Origin: the human T2T-CHM13v2.0 reference genome, Homo sapiens
DNA length: 64,000 nt
Direction: 5' to 3' (one strand)
Assembly: GCF_009914755.1 (NCBI RefSeq)
Contig: NC_060925.1
The translations under genes and the position numbers were made by a program. Positions 48,698 through 63,607 of the stretch are shown one piece after another. The notes below the pieces were generated by a model. That model was given only the letters and a program-made list of their open reading frames with translations. It searched no databases and was not told where the DNA came from. Each line of letters opens with the position of its first letter. The stretch's first letter is position 1.

Positions 48698-50317
48698 GTA
48701 TAGTAGTGCTTTATTTGATGTTTATATGGTATATTAATAAAAAAAATGTATCTTTTTAGAAAATAGTAAGTTTGGGGACATGAATAGTTTTTAGCTTTTC
48801 TGAAAGTAGAGAGACTTTTTCTCTTTTGGTTAAGGTCTTATTTATATTCTGTTTAGAAGGGCAGGAGTTGATAGGTATGGAAATTGAAATGTTTACTTAG
48901 AATTTAATAACCCTAATGTATTCTCTCTTACTCTCTATCAGTAGGACGTTACTTAGAGTGAGTCTCCAGTATTAATGTTTTGTATTGAGTCAATCACATG
49001 CTTTTACGTGATTCATCCTGTAATCAACAGCACAAGTTTGCCAGCTGACTTAAAGTTAAAACTGTGTTCTTTGAACAAGAGATAGTTTTATTATTTGCAA
49101 ATGTAATTAGTCAAACCTATGGCCTTCATTCTTTGTGCTCTAAGCAACTGAATTAACAAGTAAACTACTAGGCATAGTGTTCAAAAAAGAAAAACATAAT
49201 AGAAAAAACTGTTACACATTACTTTTATTTTCTTTATAGAAAATAAGAGGAAAATATAACCTATGATTTCAATATAAAAACATAATTTTTAAACAATAGA
49301 ATTAATAAATATTTATGTTGGAATTTTTTTAATGGTACAGAAAATAAAGATTGAAAACCCACCTCTTTCTTTCTTAGACCGTCTCCTTAAAGGTAACATT
49401 ACTTTTTGTTGTATATCCTTCCAGATAAAAAATTCTATATTTGTGCCAATATTCACCCATCAGTATGTATAGTCTTTCTATAACTTTTCATACAAAAACT
49501 TACGTTTAAGTTTAAGCCAAGGCCTCAAGACATTATCAATCTCTGTAACTGTCAATTTTTTTATTTGCAAAGAAAAAGAGTGTGAGAGTGTATAGAGTAA
49601 TACACCTATAGCATGGTAGAAAATTTAGAAGAACGTGTGTGATTAGCTAATAAATAATAGATGTAAGTAATTTTAATTTTGATTAAGAAAATACATAAAT
49701 TTGGCTAAGAACCTTAAATTTTTACCATCTCAAAAGTTGCAGAAAACACTACTGATATTTAGTGTTCTTGTTAAAACTTGTTTTTCGACATCACTTTCAA
49801 CATCTAGGATTTAGGGCTTTTATTAGGAGGCTCTCTGTGTAGAGATTTCAACCTTGTAAGAATAATCGAAACTTTAAAATGAAAGAAATAATAGGAAATC
49901 CACCTTCTAATTTTAGATTGAAATAATCCCAAAGATGCAAATTAGTTTTTTCAGAATCACCAATCTAGTTAAAAAGAACGCTTCAGCTCTTCATCTAGTA
50001 TTCTTACACACTCTATAATTATGTTATAAATGGAAATAATGTATTATGAAAATGCTGTTTTTTGGTAATATTATATAAACTTAGAAATAGCCTGTTCCAT
50101 GGAACTCTGCCAAACTCTACATTTTTTTTTTTGCCTGTTACATCTTTAGGAGCGGTCTAAAATAAGAAACAGCACTGGAGCTGTTTATTTAGAGAAATTT
50201 TCCTCCTCACAGAATACTGATAACTACCTTGTGATTCGCTGGGATATAGAAGAGTTTTATCATCACGAGGAGCCCATTTGGTTTCCCCATTCGTTTTATA
50301 AAAGTTAACTTTATTGT

Positions 50318-50608
50318 GGCTGGGTGCAGTGGCTCGTGCCTATAATCCTAGCACTTTGGGAGGCCAAGGCAGGCGGATCACTTGAGGCCAGGAGTTCAAG
50401 ACTAACCTGGCCAACATGGTGAAAACCTGTCTCTACTAAAAATACGAAAATTAGTCGACGTGGTGGCGTGTGCCTGTAGTTCCAGCTACTCGGAAGGCTG
50501 AGGCATGAAAATTGCTTAAACCCAGGAAGCAGAGGTTGTGTTGAGCCAAGATCGTGCCACTGCCCTCCAGCCTGGGCAACAGAGAGCGATTCTGTCTCAA
50601 AAATAAAA
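50318..50608 (+). mobile_element. AluS (Sz-like)
   Basis: Full sense Alu. Confidence 0.9.
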
Positions 50609-51813
50609 GGTTTATTGAAGTATAAATTACGTATGACAAAATGCACGTATTTTAAGTACATGATTTAATGATTTTTAACAATTGTGTGTGTGCACCCAGC
50701 TAACCATCTCTACAATCGATCTAGAACATTTTCATCACTTCAGTGCTTCTCGTATATTCCTTCCCAGCTAACCCATGATCCCCAACCCTGGCCATAGGAA
50801 CCCGCTGATCCATCTTCTATCACTTTAGATTGAATTTGTCTTTCCTACTGTTTTATATAAAGAAATTACCTCCTTTAAGTCCTATCAAATTCCTGATCAC
50901 CCTTAAAAAACAATTTTTAGGTATTACCATAAAACCTTCCATGACATTCTCTGCTTTATCTTCTCTGTGCTACTTTGTCCATTCATTGTTGCATTGTAAT
51001 GTATTTCTGTACATGTTATATCACTAAACTGTCTCCTCCTTGAAGGGAGGGACATGTGTTCACTCATCTATTTTCAAGGCTTATTACAGAAACTGAAACA
51101 TAGTAGATGCTTACTTGGGAATATTATATCTCAAAATAGAAAAACACCCAGCAAATCGCATCTTATATTAGTCTTTAGAATTAGTATCAAAGCCTAATTA
51201 TTATGACACTTGAAACATTAAATAACTTAGAAAACAAAGACTTAAAAGTTTTATGATAAAGCCAGAAACTTTTTATACTGACCATTTTTAATACTGACAT
51301 TTCAGATAATTGGAGGGCAGATGATATATGAAATATAACTTTATACTGTGACTTCTTAATACTTCAGTTTGTTTAGAATAAACTTGATAAGTTCGTCAAA
51401 TTTTTATTTTATTAAAAAAATTCTGTTTGCAAATGGCATATTTACACAACTTGGTAATAAGTCATTTTCTCTTTTTTCCATTTTACTAACTTAACAATCT
51501 AAAAGCAACAACCACAACATAGAGGATTAAAATTAATGTCATTAATTTTAGGTCAGTTTGCCATAAAATTTTAGATGTTTTACCTTGCACACTAAGGTAA
51601 TCCCATGAATTTATTTTAGATTAGGTCTGGCAAGAAGATTTCAAGGACATTGTGCTTTGCTTTCAGTTCTGAAAGGTATGAGTGGATTTATAACAGAAGT
51701 GTTTGACTAATTCCTGTTGTCTTGTGGGTACATAAGCTTAGTAAGCAGAACAAATGACTGAAGGAAAGAGGGACAAAATTTAAGTCTGCATTGTGTAAAT
51801 CATTACTGTCTAA

Positions 51814-52128
<315 letters not shown>

Positions 52129-52394
52129 TAGGGACTTGTTCTTAATTCACCTCTGTAATAATAATCTCTGAATCTTCAGTTTCTTGTTTGTAAAATAAGG
52201 ATTTTTATCAGATGAACTTTTAAACTATAAAACTCTGAAATATTCCTTATTGTAATGTCAAGGTCTGATTGTTTGAGAAAGTTATTTGTAAAATAAATGT
52301 ATTCATTTATTCTTAAGAGTAGTAGGAAATGAATTTTTTATTTTCTCATCATGCCCATGATACTCTGAGCTTCTTGTTCATCTTCTAAATACTT

Positions 52395-54812
52395 TAAAGA
52401 TGATCATATGATTTTTGCCCATAAGAGTATCCCCATAGGAGCAGAAAAAGCATTTAAGAAAATTCAACATTTTTTCGTGATAAAAATTCTATGAACAAAT
52501 TAGGTATAGAAGAAATGTTTCTCAACACAAGAAGGTCTATATATGACAGGCCCACAACTAACATTGTACTTAATGGTGAAAAGCTGAAAGCTTTTCTTTT
52601 AAGATCAGGAACAAGATCAGGATGCTCACTCTCAACACTTCTTTTCAGCATAGTACTGTTAAGCCCTAGCTAGAGCACTTAGGCAAGAAAAAGAAATAAA
52701 AGATATACAGATAGGAAAGGAAGAAGTGAAATTGTCTGTTTGTGAACAACACAATCTTACATATATGTATAAAATTCTAAAGACTCCACCATAAAGCTGT
52801 TAGGACTAATAAAGGAATTCAGTCAAGTTGCAAGATACAAAATCAGCATACAAAAGTCAGTATCATTTCTATATACTAACTATATAATATCTGAATAAAA
52901 TTAAGAAAACAATCTCATTAATAGCATAAAACATACGTAGTAAATTTAACCAAGAATTGAAAGAGCTCTATATAGAAAACGATGAAAGAAATTGAAGATG
53001 GTACAAATAAATGGAAAAATCTCCTGTGTTCATGAATTGGAAGACTTAATATTGTTAAAATGTCCATACTACCCAATGTGATCTACAGATTCAAGGTAAT
53101 TCGTATCAAAATCCCAACATCATTCTTCACAGAAATAGAAAAAGAAATCCTAAAATTTATATGGAATCAGAAAAGACCCTACACCATCTTGAGCAAAAAG
53201 AACAAAACTAGAAGCATCACACTACCAAATTCCAAAATATTACAAAGCTATAGTAATCTAAACAGCATCATAATGACATAAAAATAGACTCATTAACCAA
53301 TGGAATAGAAAAGAGAGCCCAGAAATAAACCCACGCAATTCAAATCAATTGATTTTTGACAAAGCTGCCAAGAACACACGGTGGGGACTGGACAGTCTTC
53401 AATAAATGGTGTTGGGAAAACTGGATATCGACATGCAGAAGAAGGAAGATGAACCTTTATCTTACCCTTATACGTAATACCTTTATACCTTATACCTTTA
53501 AACCTTATACCTTTATACCTTATACCTTTATCTTACCTTATACGTTTATAAGACTTAAATGTCAGTCCTGAAACTATAAAACTGCTAGAAGAAAATATAG
53601 AGGGAAAGCTCTATGACATTGGTCTAGGCAGTGATTTCTTGGATAAAAGCAGAGGCAAAAGCAAAAATAGATAGATGGGTTTGCATCAAATTGGAAACTT
53701 CTGCACAGCAAAGGAAACAATTAGCAGAGTGAAGAGACAACCCAAAGAATGGGAGAAAATATTTATAAATTATATATTGGATAAGGGGTCAGTAAGGAAC
53801 TCAAACTACTGAATTCAAGGAAAAGAAATAATCTTATTTAAAAAATGGGCAAAGGACCTGAGTAGACATTTATCAAAAGAAGGCATATAAATGGCCGACA
53901 GATAATATGAAAAAAAATGATCAGTATCTCTAGCCATCAGAGAAATGCAAATTAAAACCACGATGAGATACCACCTCATGTGTATTAGATTGGCTATTAT
54001 CAAAAAAATGGAAGGTAAGTGATGGCAAGGATATGGAGAAAAGGGAAGCCTTGTGCATTGTTGGTGGTATTGTAACATTAGTATGGCCACTTTGGAAGAC
54101 AGTGTGGAGGTTCCTGAGAAAACTAAAAATAGGATTATTTTACAATCCAGCAATTCCTCTTCTGGGTATATATTCAAAGAAATTTAAATCAGCATGTTGA
54201 AGAGATGTCTGCACTCCTATGTTCATTCCAGCATTATATAGCCAAGATATCCAAACAACTGAAGTGCCCATCAACAGACAAATGGATTTTTAAAACATGG
54301 TATATAAACACAGTGCAATACTATTCAGCCTTAAAGATGTAGGAAATTCTGCCATTTGCAACATGGATGAACCTAGAGGACCTTATGCTAAATGAAATAA
54401 ACCAGACACAGAAAGACAAATAGCTAATGATCTCACTTATGTGTGGAATCTTAAAAAGACAAATTCATTGACGTAGAAGAGAATGCTGATTACCAGAGGC
54501 TTGAACTGGGGAGGGGGAGGATGGGTAAATGGGAAAGAGGAAGTTGTTGGTCACAGGTTAAAAAGTTTTAGTTAGACAGGAGGAATAAGTTCTGTTGATC
54601 TATTACACAGCATGGTGACTATAGTTAATAGCAATGTATTGTATATTTCAAAATAGCTAAAAGAAAGGTTGTTAAATCCCACTGCGAAGAAATAAATATT
54701 TGAGGTGATAGATACCTTAGCCTAATTTGATCATTCTACAATGTATAAATGTAATGAAACATCACATTATACCCCATAAATATATAATTTGTTTGATTAG
54801 AAATAAAAATAG
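52395..54812 (+). mobile_element. L1MA 3' ~2.4 kb, sense to PKN2
   Basis: KLGIEEMFLN...[55 protein letters not shown]; L1MA-type 3'UTR and A-rich end. Confidence 0.88.
53453..53550. repeat. (CCTTATA / CCTTTATA)n low-complexity repeat within the L1MA
   Basis: tacctttataccttatacctttaaaccttatacc... seen directly. Confidence 0.85.
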
Positions 54813-55947
54813 TTTAATGGGGTACTGTTGTCATTCTATGTGGAAATTACAGTGATGGTTAGCTGAGGCTAAATGTACCTTATGAAAAAAGATTACTGAT
54901 CTCTAAAATGGAGTAGTAATCTAAGCCTTAGTTGGAACCTGACACTCGTTTGAGAAAGATCCGGTTTCCTGAATCTTGGTTTCTTTAAGTATGTCATCAC
55001 TGAAGAAGACTATAAGAACATTTTTTAATATTTTATTAAGTATAGATAATAATTTGGGTAGTGTATAGTCTCTGTTTTCATTTTATTTCCTTTTCTTGTA
55101 CCATTCTTATATTTTCAAACCCCACCAAACTTAGATTGGTTTTTACTTATTAATTTGGTGAATATTTTCTTCAATATTTGAAATATTCAGAAGGGAATTA
55201 CTAATTTAGTAATATAATATACCTAATAATATTGGGATTTTGTGGGGTTAATCTTAGCAAATTCTTCTAAATTCCTAAAATATATCTGTATTGAGGGAAC
55301 TTTGTTCATGACTAAAGAACAGTTTGTGGTCTTGGATGAATAGAAATGAAGATTTAATTTTCTTTTTTACTATTGCCCTGCCCACTTAAATAGTGTGATC
55401 ATTAGTAAGTTGCTCTTTTGCACTCCTGGATTTGTTTCCTTGTCTTTAAAATCATGAGATTAAATGTATAGATTCCCTAATACTTGAATTCTTTTTATGA
55501 TATATTTTCCAAAAAAGTTAATGTGTAGTAAAATTGTATATATATTTTTAGTATACCTTTCCATGAATTTTAAGATGAATTCATCTAACTGCCACCACAT
55601 TCAGAAAAAGGAATAGTTCCAATGCCCTATACATCTCCCTCATGTTCTTTCTTCGTAGTCACACCCTTCTTCACCTCTATATTCCCTGACAACCACTGAC
55701 CTGTTCTGTCACTATAGTTCTCTTTTGAAGAATGCCATGTACATAGAATTATAAAGTATATAAGTTTTTGAGAATTTTTTCCCTCCGCATATTGCCTTTG
55801 AAATTCCTTCAAGTTGTTGTGTGTATCAGTAGTTCATTTTTTTATTCCTGAGTAATAGTTGATTGTATAAATGTACTATAATTTATCCATTCACAAAGAA
55901 CGTTAGGGTGGTTTTCCAATTTTTGGCAATTATCAGTAAAGCTCCTA

Positions 55948-56350
<403 letters not shown>

Positions 56351-56727
56351 GAAATAAACTGCCAAATATATTCTAGAGTAGTGATATTTTTCATTCCCAC
56401 TATCAGTGAATGAGAATTCTAGTTGTTCCACATTCTCTCCAGCACTTGGTATTGTTAATATATTTTATTAACCAGTCTAACAAGTATGTAGTAGTTAATA
56501 TACATTATTGTCATAGAGGAAATAAAAATAGAGCAGCACCATCTTAAGGAGAATTTACAAAAGAACAGTGCATGCCCTAGGTACAGAGTTATGTACAGAA
56601 TGAAGAAGTCTTCTCTACTAGGAGATGATAGGTGCAGTTTTCAAACATTAAGATATTTCAGATAGAGGCAGTTCTGCAATTTTTATACCTAGGTTGCTTG
56701 TTTTACCTTAAAAATTATTCTAACTCA

Positions 56728-56833
56728 ATCACGTGAACCCAGGAGGTGGAAGTTGCAGTGAGCCGAGATCGAGCCATTGCACTCCAGCCCGGCGACAGTG
56801 CGAGACTCCGTCTCAAAAAAAAAAAAAAAAAAA
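56728..56833 (+). mobile_element. Severely 5'-truncated AluS
   Basis: Last ~90 nt plus A-tail; perfect TSD AAAAATTATTCTAACTCA at 56710-56727 and 56830-56847 at a TT/AAAA site. Confidence 0.92.
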
Positions 56834-58759
56834 ATTATTCTAACTCACAGTGTTAACCCTGCCTATTTCTGTAACATATTAAGAAAGCTTAAACCAGAGG
56901 TGGTATTAGTTATAAAATATTTACCAAAATTAGTTCAGTTGGTGATATATGACAAGGGCTATCGCAAGTATATAAAATAACCAATTAAGCCTCCTTTAAT
57001 TATTCAGCATTCATTACAACCTGAGTAGGTTCCAGAGGGCTGTAAAAGGTAAAGTATCTTTCTTTAAGAAAGTTGGACTTTAGGAGAAGTATAAAGTTAA
57101 CATAATGGTAACACATGGCAAGATTCTGGAGCAGTTTATTTTTAAAATAGTAACTTAGAGACTTATAGGAAGAAGTATGTTAAGAATATAGATAAATAGT
57201 AAGCTAGTGATTTTGTATATTAACCTTATTAATTTAGATTTGGCTAAGTTTATTTCAGCTATTAGTATAGTTCCTCTTTAATTGTTTAATGCAGTAAACA
57301 GTGTTTCTTAAGCAGATATCCTGGCTATTCAAGTACCACTTTATGAATTTTGGACATAGAGAGCCAGCTTGCTATAAAATAAAGACCAAAGGTTATATCA
57401 TCTGAGATGTCATTCAGCTGCACTATTAAATGGTTGTGTGGTGTATACCACCTGGAACCTGTCGAGACCTTGGTTTTCTCATTTGTAGAATGAGAGGGAC
57501 AGACAATATGTACCCTATCTAGGGTGTTTTGTGAACATGGTATTTTGATAGCTTGAGAAAAAGCATGAGGTATCCAAGGCCATCTAAGTTTGAACATGAA
57601 ACCCCATTTGGATGTAAAATAAAGTCTGAGGAGGCTTTCCTGGGTCTGAGAAGTAAAGACTCAAGAATTAAACCATATTCCTAATCTCCAACACAATCAA
57701 GGAATCAGGGTAAGGCTAGACCTTAAGTAGTCAGAAGTCCTCTAAGAAGGATCGGGATTGCTCCTGTGTTCTAGAACTCTGTTTCATCTTGTAAGCCAAC
57801 TGCTGAGTTGTGGTTTTAGAGAAAATACTAAAAGCACCAGAAACAGCAATCTATTTATTGCTCTACACGTTTTGGGGGAAGCTAACAAATTCAGTATTTA
57901 CTCCTTATTCTGGCCTTGGGAAATCTTATCCCTAAGGAAATTTTAATCATATCCTATTTTCTGGTGACTTCCAAAGTTGTATCTCCAGCTAGGCTGTGTT
58001 TTCTGGGCTTCATCTGATAGTTTATAGCCACCCTTTTGGATATTACCTGGATGTCCTGTTGGCTTTGCCTCTTATCATGTCTAAAATTGAACTCTTCTTT
58101 TCTTGGACAGCTATCTCTAAATTTTTCTCTGTGTTTTCTGCCCCGTTAGTGCATGACCCCAGTAATCTATAAGTAAAACCTGACTTTTTAAAACCTTTTT
58201 TCCCCACCTTCAACCTTCATTGTAAGTTTGTAAGTCGCCAAGCCTTATAGATTCTACCTCTGATAATAGGTCTCAAATCTGTATCTCTTCTTCATCTTTA
58301 TTGCCACAGCGTACAAGTTCAGTATTTCTTTAATTCAACGTAAACACTGCTGCCAGCATTTTTTTAAATCTAGAATTCAGATTCAGTGCTGTTAGTTTCT
58401 TGATTTAAACTTTTCAATGGATCTTCATTTGCTACAGAATACAGTACAAATTTGTAGCATGGTAGAGATGCCTTTCAAATGGTCTGGCATCTGCCTCTAT
58501 TATTTCAACTTTTTCTGCTACTAATCCCAGCTCTAATTTTTTTCCCCTATCCCTATGTTTTCTTTTTTTACCTCTCTTTTTACCTCTCTATACTTAGGCA
58601 CGTGTGTGTGTGTAGATTAGCAGAATCTAGGTGATGGGTATATAGGTGCTCAGTGTAAAATTCAACTTTGCAGTATGTTTGAAAATGTTCATATATACAC
58701 ACATACACTCTGGTATGTGTAGACACACATACATACAGGTACATACAAGGTGTCCCTTT

Positions 58760-58782
58760 TATATATACATACATTATATATT

Positions 58783-58815
<33 letters not shown>

Positions 58816-58816
58816 C
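58760..58816. repeat. (TA)/(CA)n microsatellite
   Basis: atacacacacacacacacacacacacac. Confidence 0.9.
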
Positions 58817-60572
58817 TGACTCTAACCTCTTTGAGAAGAGGAATTCTGCCACTTGTACACAGGGTTGTCCTTTGCATGATGCTTGGCTGTATATGATATA
58901 ACTAGTTCCCTGTATTAAGTTCCCTCTGTCCAAAATAACTTGTATAGTTTGTTTGTCAACTAGATTCTTGAATGGCAAATCACCTTTCTATATTATGTAA
59001 TAAACTTAGAATACTTACATGCTATTGTTGGCCATGTTCTATTTATATCATTTTAGCTTCAATTCCACAAATTAGATCTAAACATTCTATACAGTCATTG
59101 TTGGTTTATAATTACCCACATGCTGATCATTTTCTTTGTTCACTATTTCTTCATGCTTCTCAGACCTACCTTCTAGAGTGATCTTTTCTTGTACTTCCTA
59201 AAGTACAGTAGATACTTTAGAAAGACGATTTCCCCTTTATATACAATTCTAAGTTGACATCTATTTTCTTTCAGCACTTAGAAACTGTTATTTCGTGGTT
59301 GTCTGGATTCTACTCTTGTTGAGGAAACAGCTGCCAGTCTCATGGTTGAAGCCATGTAGATCATCTAGTTTCTTTTAAGATATCCTTTGTCTTCAGTGTT
59401 CTGGACTTGGAGTATAATGGCGTAGATTTCGTTTCATTTGATTTGCTTGGGATTTGTTGGGTTTCTTAAATCTGAAATGTATGTATTTCATCAATTATGG
59501 GAAATTGTTAGCCTCTGTCCCTTTGAATGTTGTACCTCCTGTTTTCCTTCTACGTAGTTTTTTGGGAACTTTAGATGCATATTAATTTCTTCAAATCTAT
59601 CTCCATTTCTTGAATAGTTTCTTCACCTGTATCAAACTTACTCTTTATCAAATATTGTGTTTCTAATTTTGTTATTACATTTTTTTAATGCTAGAGCTTC
59701 TATTTTGTTAATCCTGGTAATTTTGGATAGTCTTTGTCCCAGTTGATACCCCTTGCATTTAGCTTTACATATTTAACATACTTATTTCACAATCTGTATA
59801 GGATAAATACAGTAAGTAAAATCTTTACAAGGCTAGTCCTCTAATTTTTTTCTCATTCATGGTGAATTTTTTTCTGATTGAGCTTTGTGATTTGTAATTG
59901 TGCTGGAACTGTCAGTATTAAAATTTCGTGGAATGCAGATTTGCTATATTTTTAAAAAATTTGCCAGTTTTTTCTTTATTTTGTTCCACATAATTGAACA
60001 CCTACACATTTAGAATTGATGCATATTTCTGGTGAATTGAACCTTCTATTAAAATGAAATGACTTACCTGTAATCTTTCTGTCTTGAAGTATTTTTTGCC
60101 TTAAAGTATCTTTTGTCTGTTATTAATATAGGTTGTGGGTTGAGGTTAGTGATTGTGTGGAATACCTTTCTTCCATTTCCTTACTTTCAGCTTTTCTGTA
60201 TCATGTTTTAAATATGTTTCTTAAAATAGCATATAGTTGGATTTATTTTATTCATTTGTTTTTACCTTGTCTAATAATCTCTTTTACCTGGATCATTTAG
60301 CCTATTTAAATGATTACTATTACATTTGGGTTTATATTTAGTATCTTATTTTGTGCCTTTAATGTTTCTTTTTCTTTCTTGTCATTTTTAGACTATTTTT
60401 TAAGAATCAATTATTAAAAGTTCGATTGTTTTGGAAATTGATTCATTTAGATAGTACATCATGCATACTTATCAAAGGCAGTAGTCTAATTGCTATTTTT
60501 ATCTCTCAGACAATTCGAACTCCTTAGAATGCTTTTATTTGCCTACACCCTAGCTTATATTTTACTGTCTTA

Positions 60573-60610
60573 CTAGGCTGGTGCAAAAGTAATTGCAGTT
60601 TTTGCCGTTG
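60573..60610. mobile_element. Half MADE1 (Hsmar1 MITE)
   Basis: taggctggtgcaaaagtaattgcagtttttgccgtt matches one arm of the MADE1 palindrome. Confidence 0.8.
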
Positions 60611-60878
60611 TAATTATATTTTTTAAAAAGCACTTCATGACTTTTTTATTTGTTTATATAGTGGTCCTTTAAAATCACTGAAATCTAAGCCACTTTATCT
60701 GTTCTTCGTTATTTCTTTTTTGACCTACCAATTAGAATCACTTTTCTTCTTCCCAGAGTACATCCTTTCGCATTTTTAAATTTTTAATAAGTCTGTGAAA
60801 AACTCTTTCATCTTTGTCTGATAATGTTTTTATTTTGTCTTCATTGTTGAAAGATATTTTCGTTGGATATATACAATC

Positions 60879-61291
60879 TTTATTAGTCTATTCTCGCACT
60901 GCTGTAAAGAAATACCCGAGACTGGGTAATTTATAAAGAAAAGAGCTTTAATTGGCTTATGGTTCCACAGGCTGTACAGGAAACATGATGCTGGCATCTG
61001 CTTGGCTTCTGGGGAGGCCTCAGAAAACTTTCAGTCATGGTGGAAGGCGAAAGAGAAGCAAACCCGTCTTACATGGTTGGAGCAGGAGCGAGAGAGAGAG
61101 TGGGAGGGGCTACACACTTTTAAACAACCAGATCTCACTATTGTGAGAACAGCACCAAGGGGATGGTACTAAACCGCTCATTAAAGACCCACACCCATGA
61201 TCCAGTCACCTCCCGCCAGGCCTCATGTTCAACACTGGGGAACTTAGTTTGACATGAGATTGGGGCAGGGACACAGATCCAAACCATATCG
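60879..61291 (-). mobile_element. MSTA-type MaLR solo LTR
   Basis: tattagtctattctcgcactgctgtaaagaaatacccgagactggg...gacacagatccaaaccatatc; 5-bp TSD caatc/caatt. Confidence 0.88.
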
Positions 61292-63286
61292 CAATTTAAG
61301 GAGGCAGTTGTGTCTTTTAACATAAAGTAGCTGTCATTTCACCTTCTTCCAGCTTTCAGTGTTGTTGCTGAAAACTGCCATAAATTTAACTGTAATTCCT
61401 TTGAAGGTACCCTTTTCTGACTGCTGTGAAGACTGTCTTTGATGTTCTGAAGTTTTACCATGATGTGTCCAAGTGTGGACTTTTTTCCCCTATATGTTTA
61501 TGCTTGGGGTTGATTGGGTATCTTGAATCTATGGATTGGCATTTTTATTAGTTCTTAAAAGATGATAGTCATTATCTCTTTATGTATTGTCTTCAAATCA
61601 CTATTTTCTTCCGAAACACCGTAAGATATATTGGAGCTTATTTTTTTTTCTCTGTGTCTTTTTATGTCGCATTTTTCCTCTCTTTCTCTTTTTAAAAAAC
61701 TTAGCTATTTTTCAGTATTAATCTGCTATTTTTCTGTGTCTGGTCTGCTATTAAACTCAGTCTAAGAACAAATCTTAGCACTCAAGATGCTTATAGTCGC
61801 AGAGGAAAAACAGATGTGAAAACAGATCATTATAATACAGTGTAGTACACATTTCAGTGGAGGGACGAAAGTATACTTTGAAGACATGTTAGACTAGAGA
61901 ATGGTTAGGGAAGGTTTTCTGGAGAAAGTAATGCCTAAACTAACAATAGTATTGAAGAAAACAATCGCATTTTATTAGAAAGGTTTTGAACACAGAATTT
62001 GACAAGGAAAAATAGTAGTGGAGAATTAGCTTGGAGCTAGATAGCACAAGACCTTTAATGCCTAACCGTGAAGTTGGGACTGTATTTGGTAGATGTGGCT
62101 ATTAAAAATATTTTGGTGGAGGAATTAGTCTTGTCTGCGTTCCATCTTAAAGCACAACAATTTATATTGGCTAAATGTATGTAAAGATGCAACTTTATGG
62201 GCTTAACTCTAGTGCATTGTCTACTGTAACCCAGACATGCCTAAAATCTCTTTGATCTAAAATGTAAACATTAAAGCAAGTTTATTGAATTTGTATAACA
62301 TACATTTTGAATTGTATAATAATGTTTAGAAGGTTAGAAGCAAGCATAATTTCTTATAATACCCCCGAAAATACTTTTTCAGTAATATTAGCAATATATG
62401 CAGCAAATGGAAATTTGTTTTTTGTTGTAATCATGGGGTTTAGTTTCTTTAGCCAGCAAAGTATGTATTTAAGAGTAGATTCACCTCTTTTTGTAATGTA
62501 AAGGCAGTTGTTAGAGTAGAAAAATAATTACCATTTTACAGAGTTTTTAAAAAATTTTTTGAATGGTGAGAGTATTAATGGGGAGTAGGGAGTTCTAGTT
62601 TTCCTTGTTTTGAAATATGTTTCACTATGAGAAAGAGTTTAAGAAATATACTGGCAACTGTATGTTTTATAATGCTCAAATTTAACGTACAAGGAAGAAA
62701 ATTGGAGAGAAGAAAAGCAGTGTGTAGGAAGGCAGGTTAAAGAGGAAAATAGATGAAATGCAAGGATGACAGCAGTGTTTCTCTGATTTCTAATTGGGGA
62801 AAAAAAGTGAACTTTATAAAGTTTACTTTATATAAGACATTTAAGGTTAAATTTCTGCATAGGTGTACACTTTTGTGACCTTTGCAATAAATTCTCTAAG
62901 TTTCAGATTTTTTTATTTGTAAAATGAAGTTACATTGCAAACCTTTATGACTTCTTGTGAAGATTAAATGAGCAGAAATACTGGCTACTTAGCTGAGCCC
63001 TGACTTGTAATATTATTGAGCCCTTATTACATTTTAAGCATCGACCTGAGCACTATATAGGCTTTATTTTTACAGTAACCGTCAATTTGTGGCTAAGGAA
63101 ACTGTAGCACAGAGATGTTAAGTAAGTATATAATCAAGACCATACCAATGAGTAGCAACCACAGGATTTTAACCCAGGCATTCTGACCTCAGAGCCCTGG
63201 TTCTTAACCATTTTCTTATTTCTTATATTCCTGTAATTGTTATTAAAACTGAGGACATACTTTTCCTTAAGAACAGTGTTATGTAG

Positions 63287-63607
<321 letters not shown>

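Noticed and set aside
48430-48759. 109-aa ORF as a stand-alone gene
   Set aside because: It starts at a GTG inside PKN2 exon 2; the true unit is the spliced exon 48397-48697. The read-through is treated separately as a hypothesis.
60573-60610. MADE1-derived miR-548-type hairpin
   Set aside because: Only one arm is present, so no hairpin can form.
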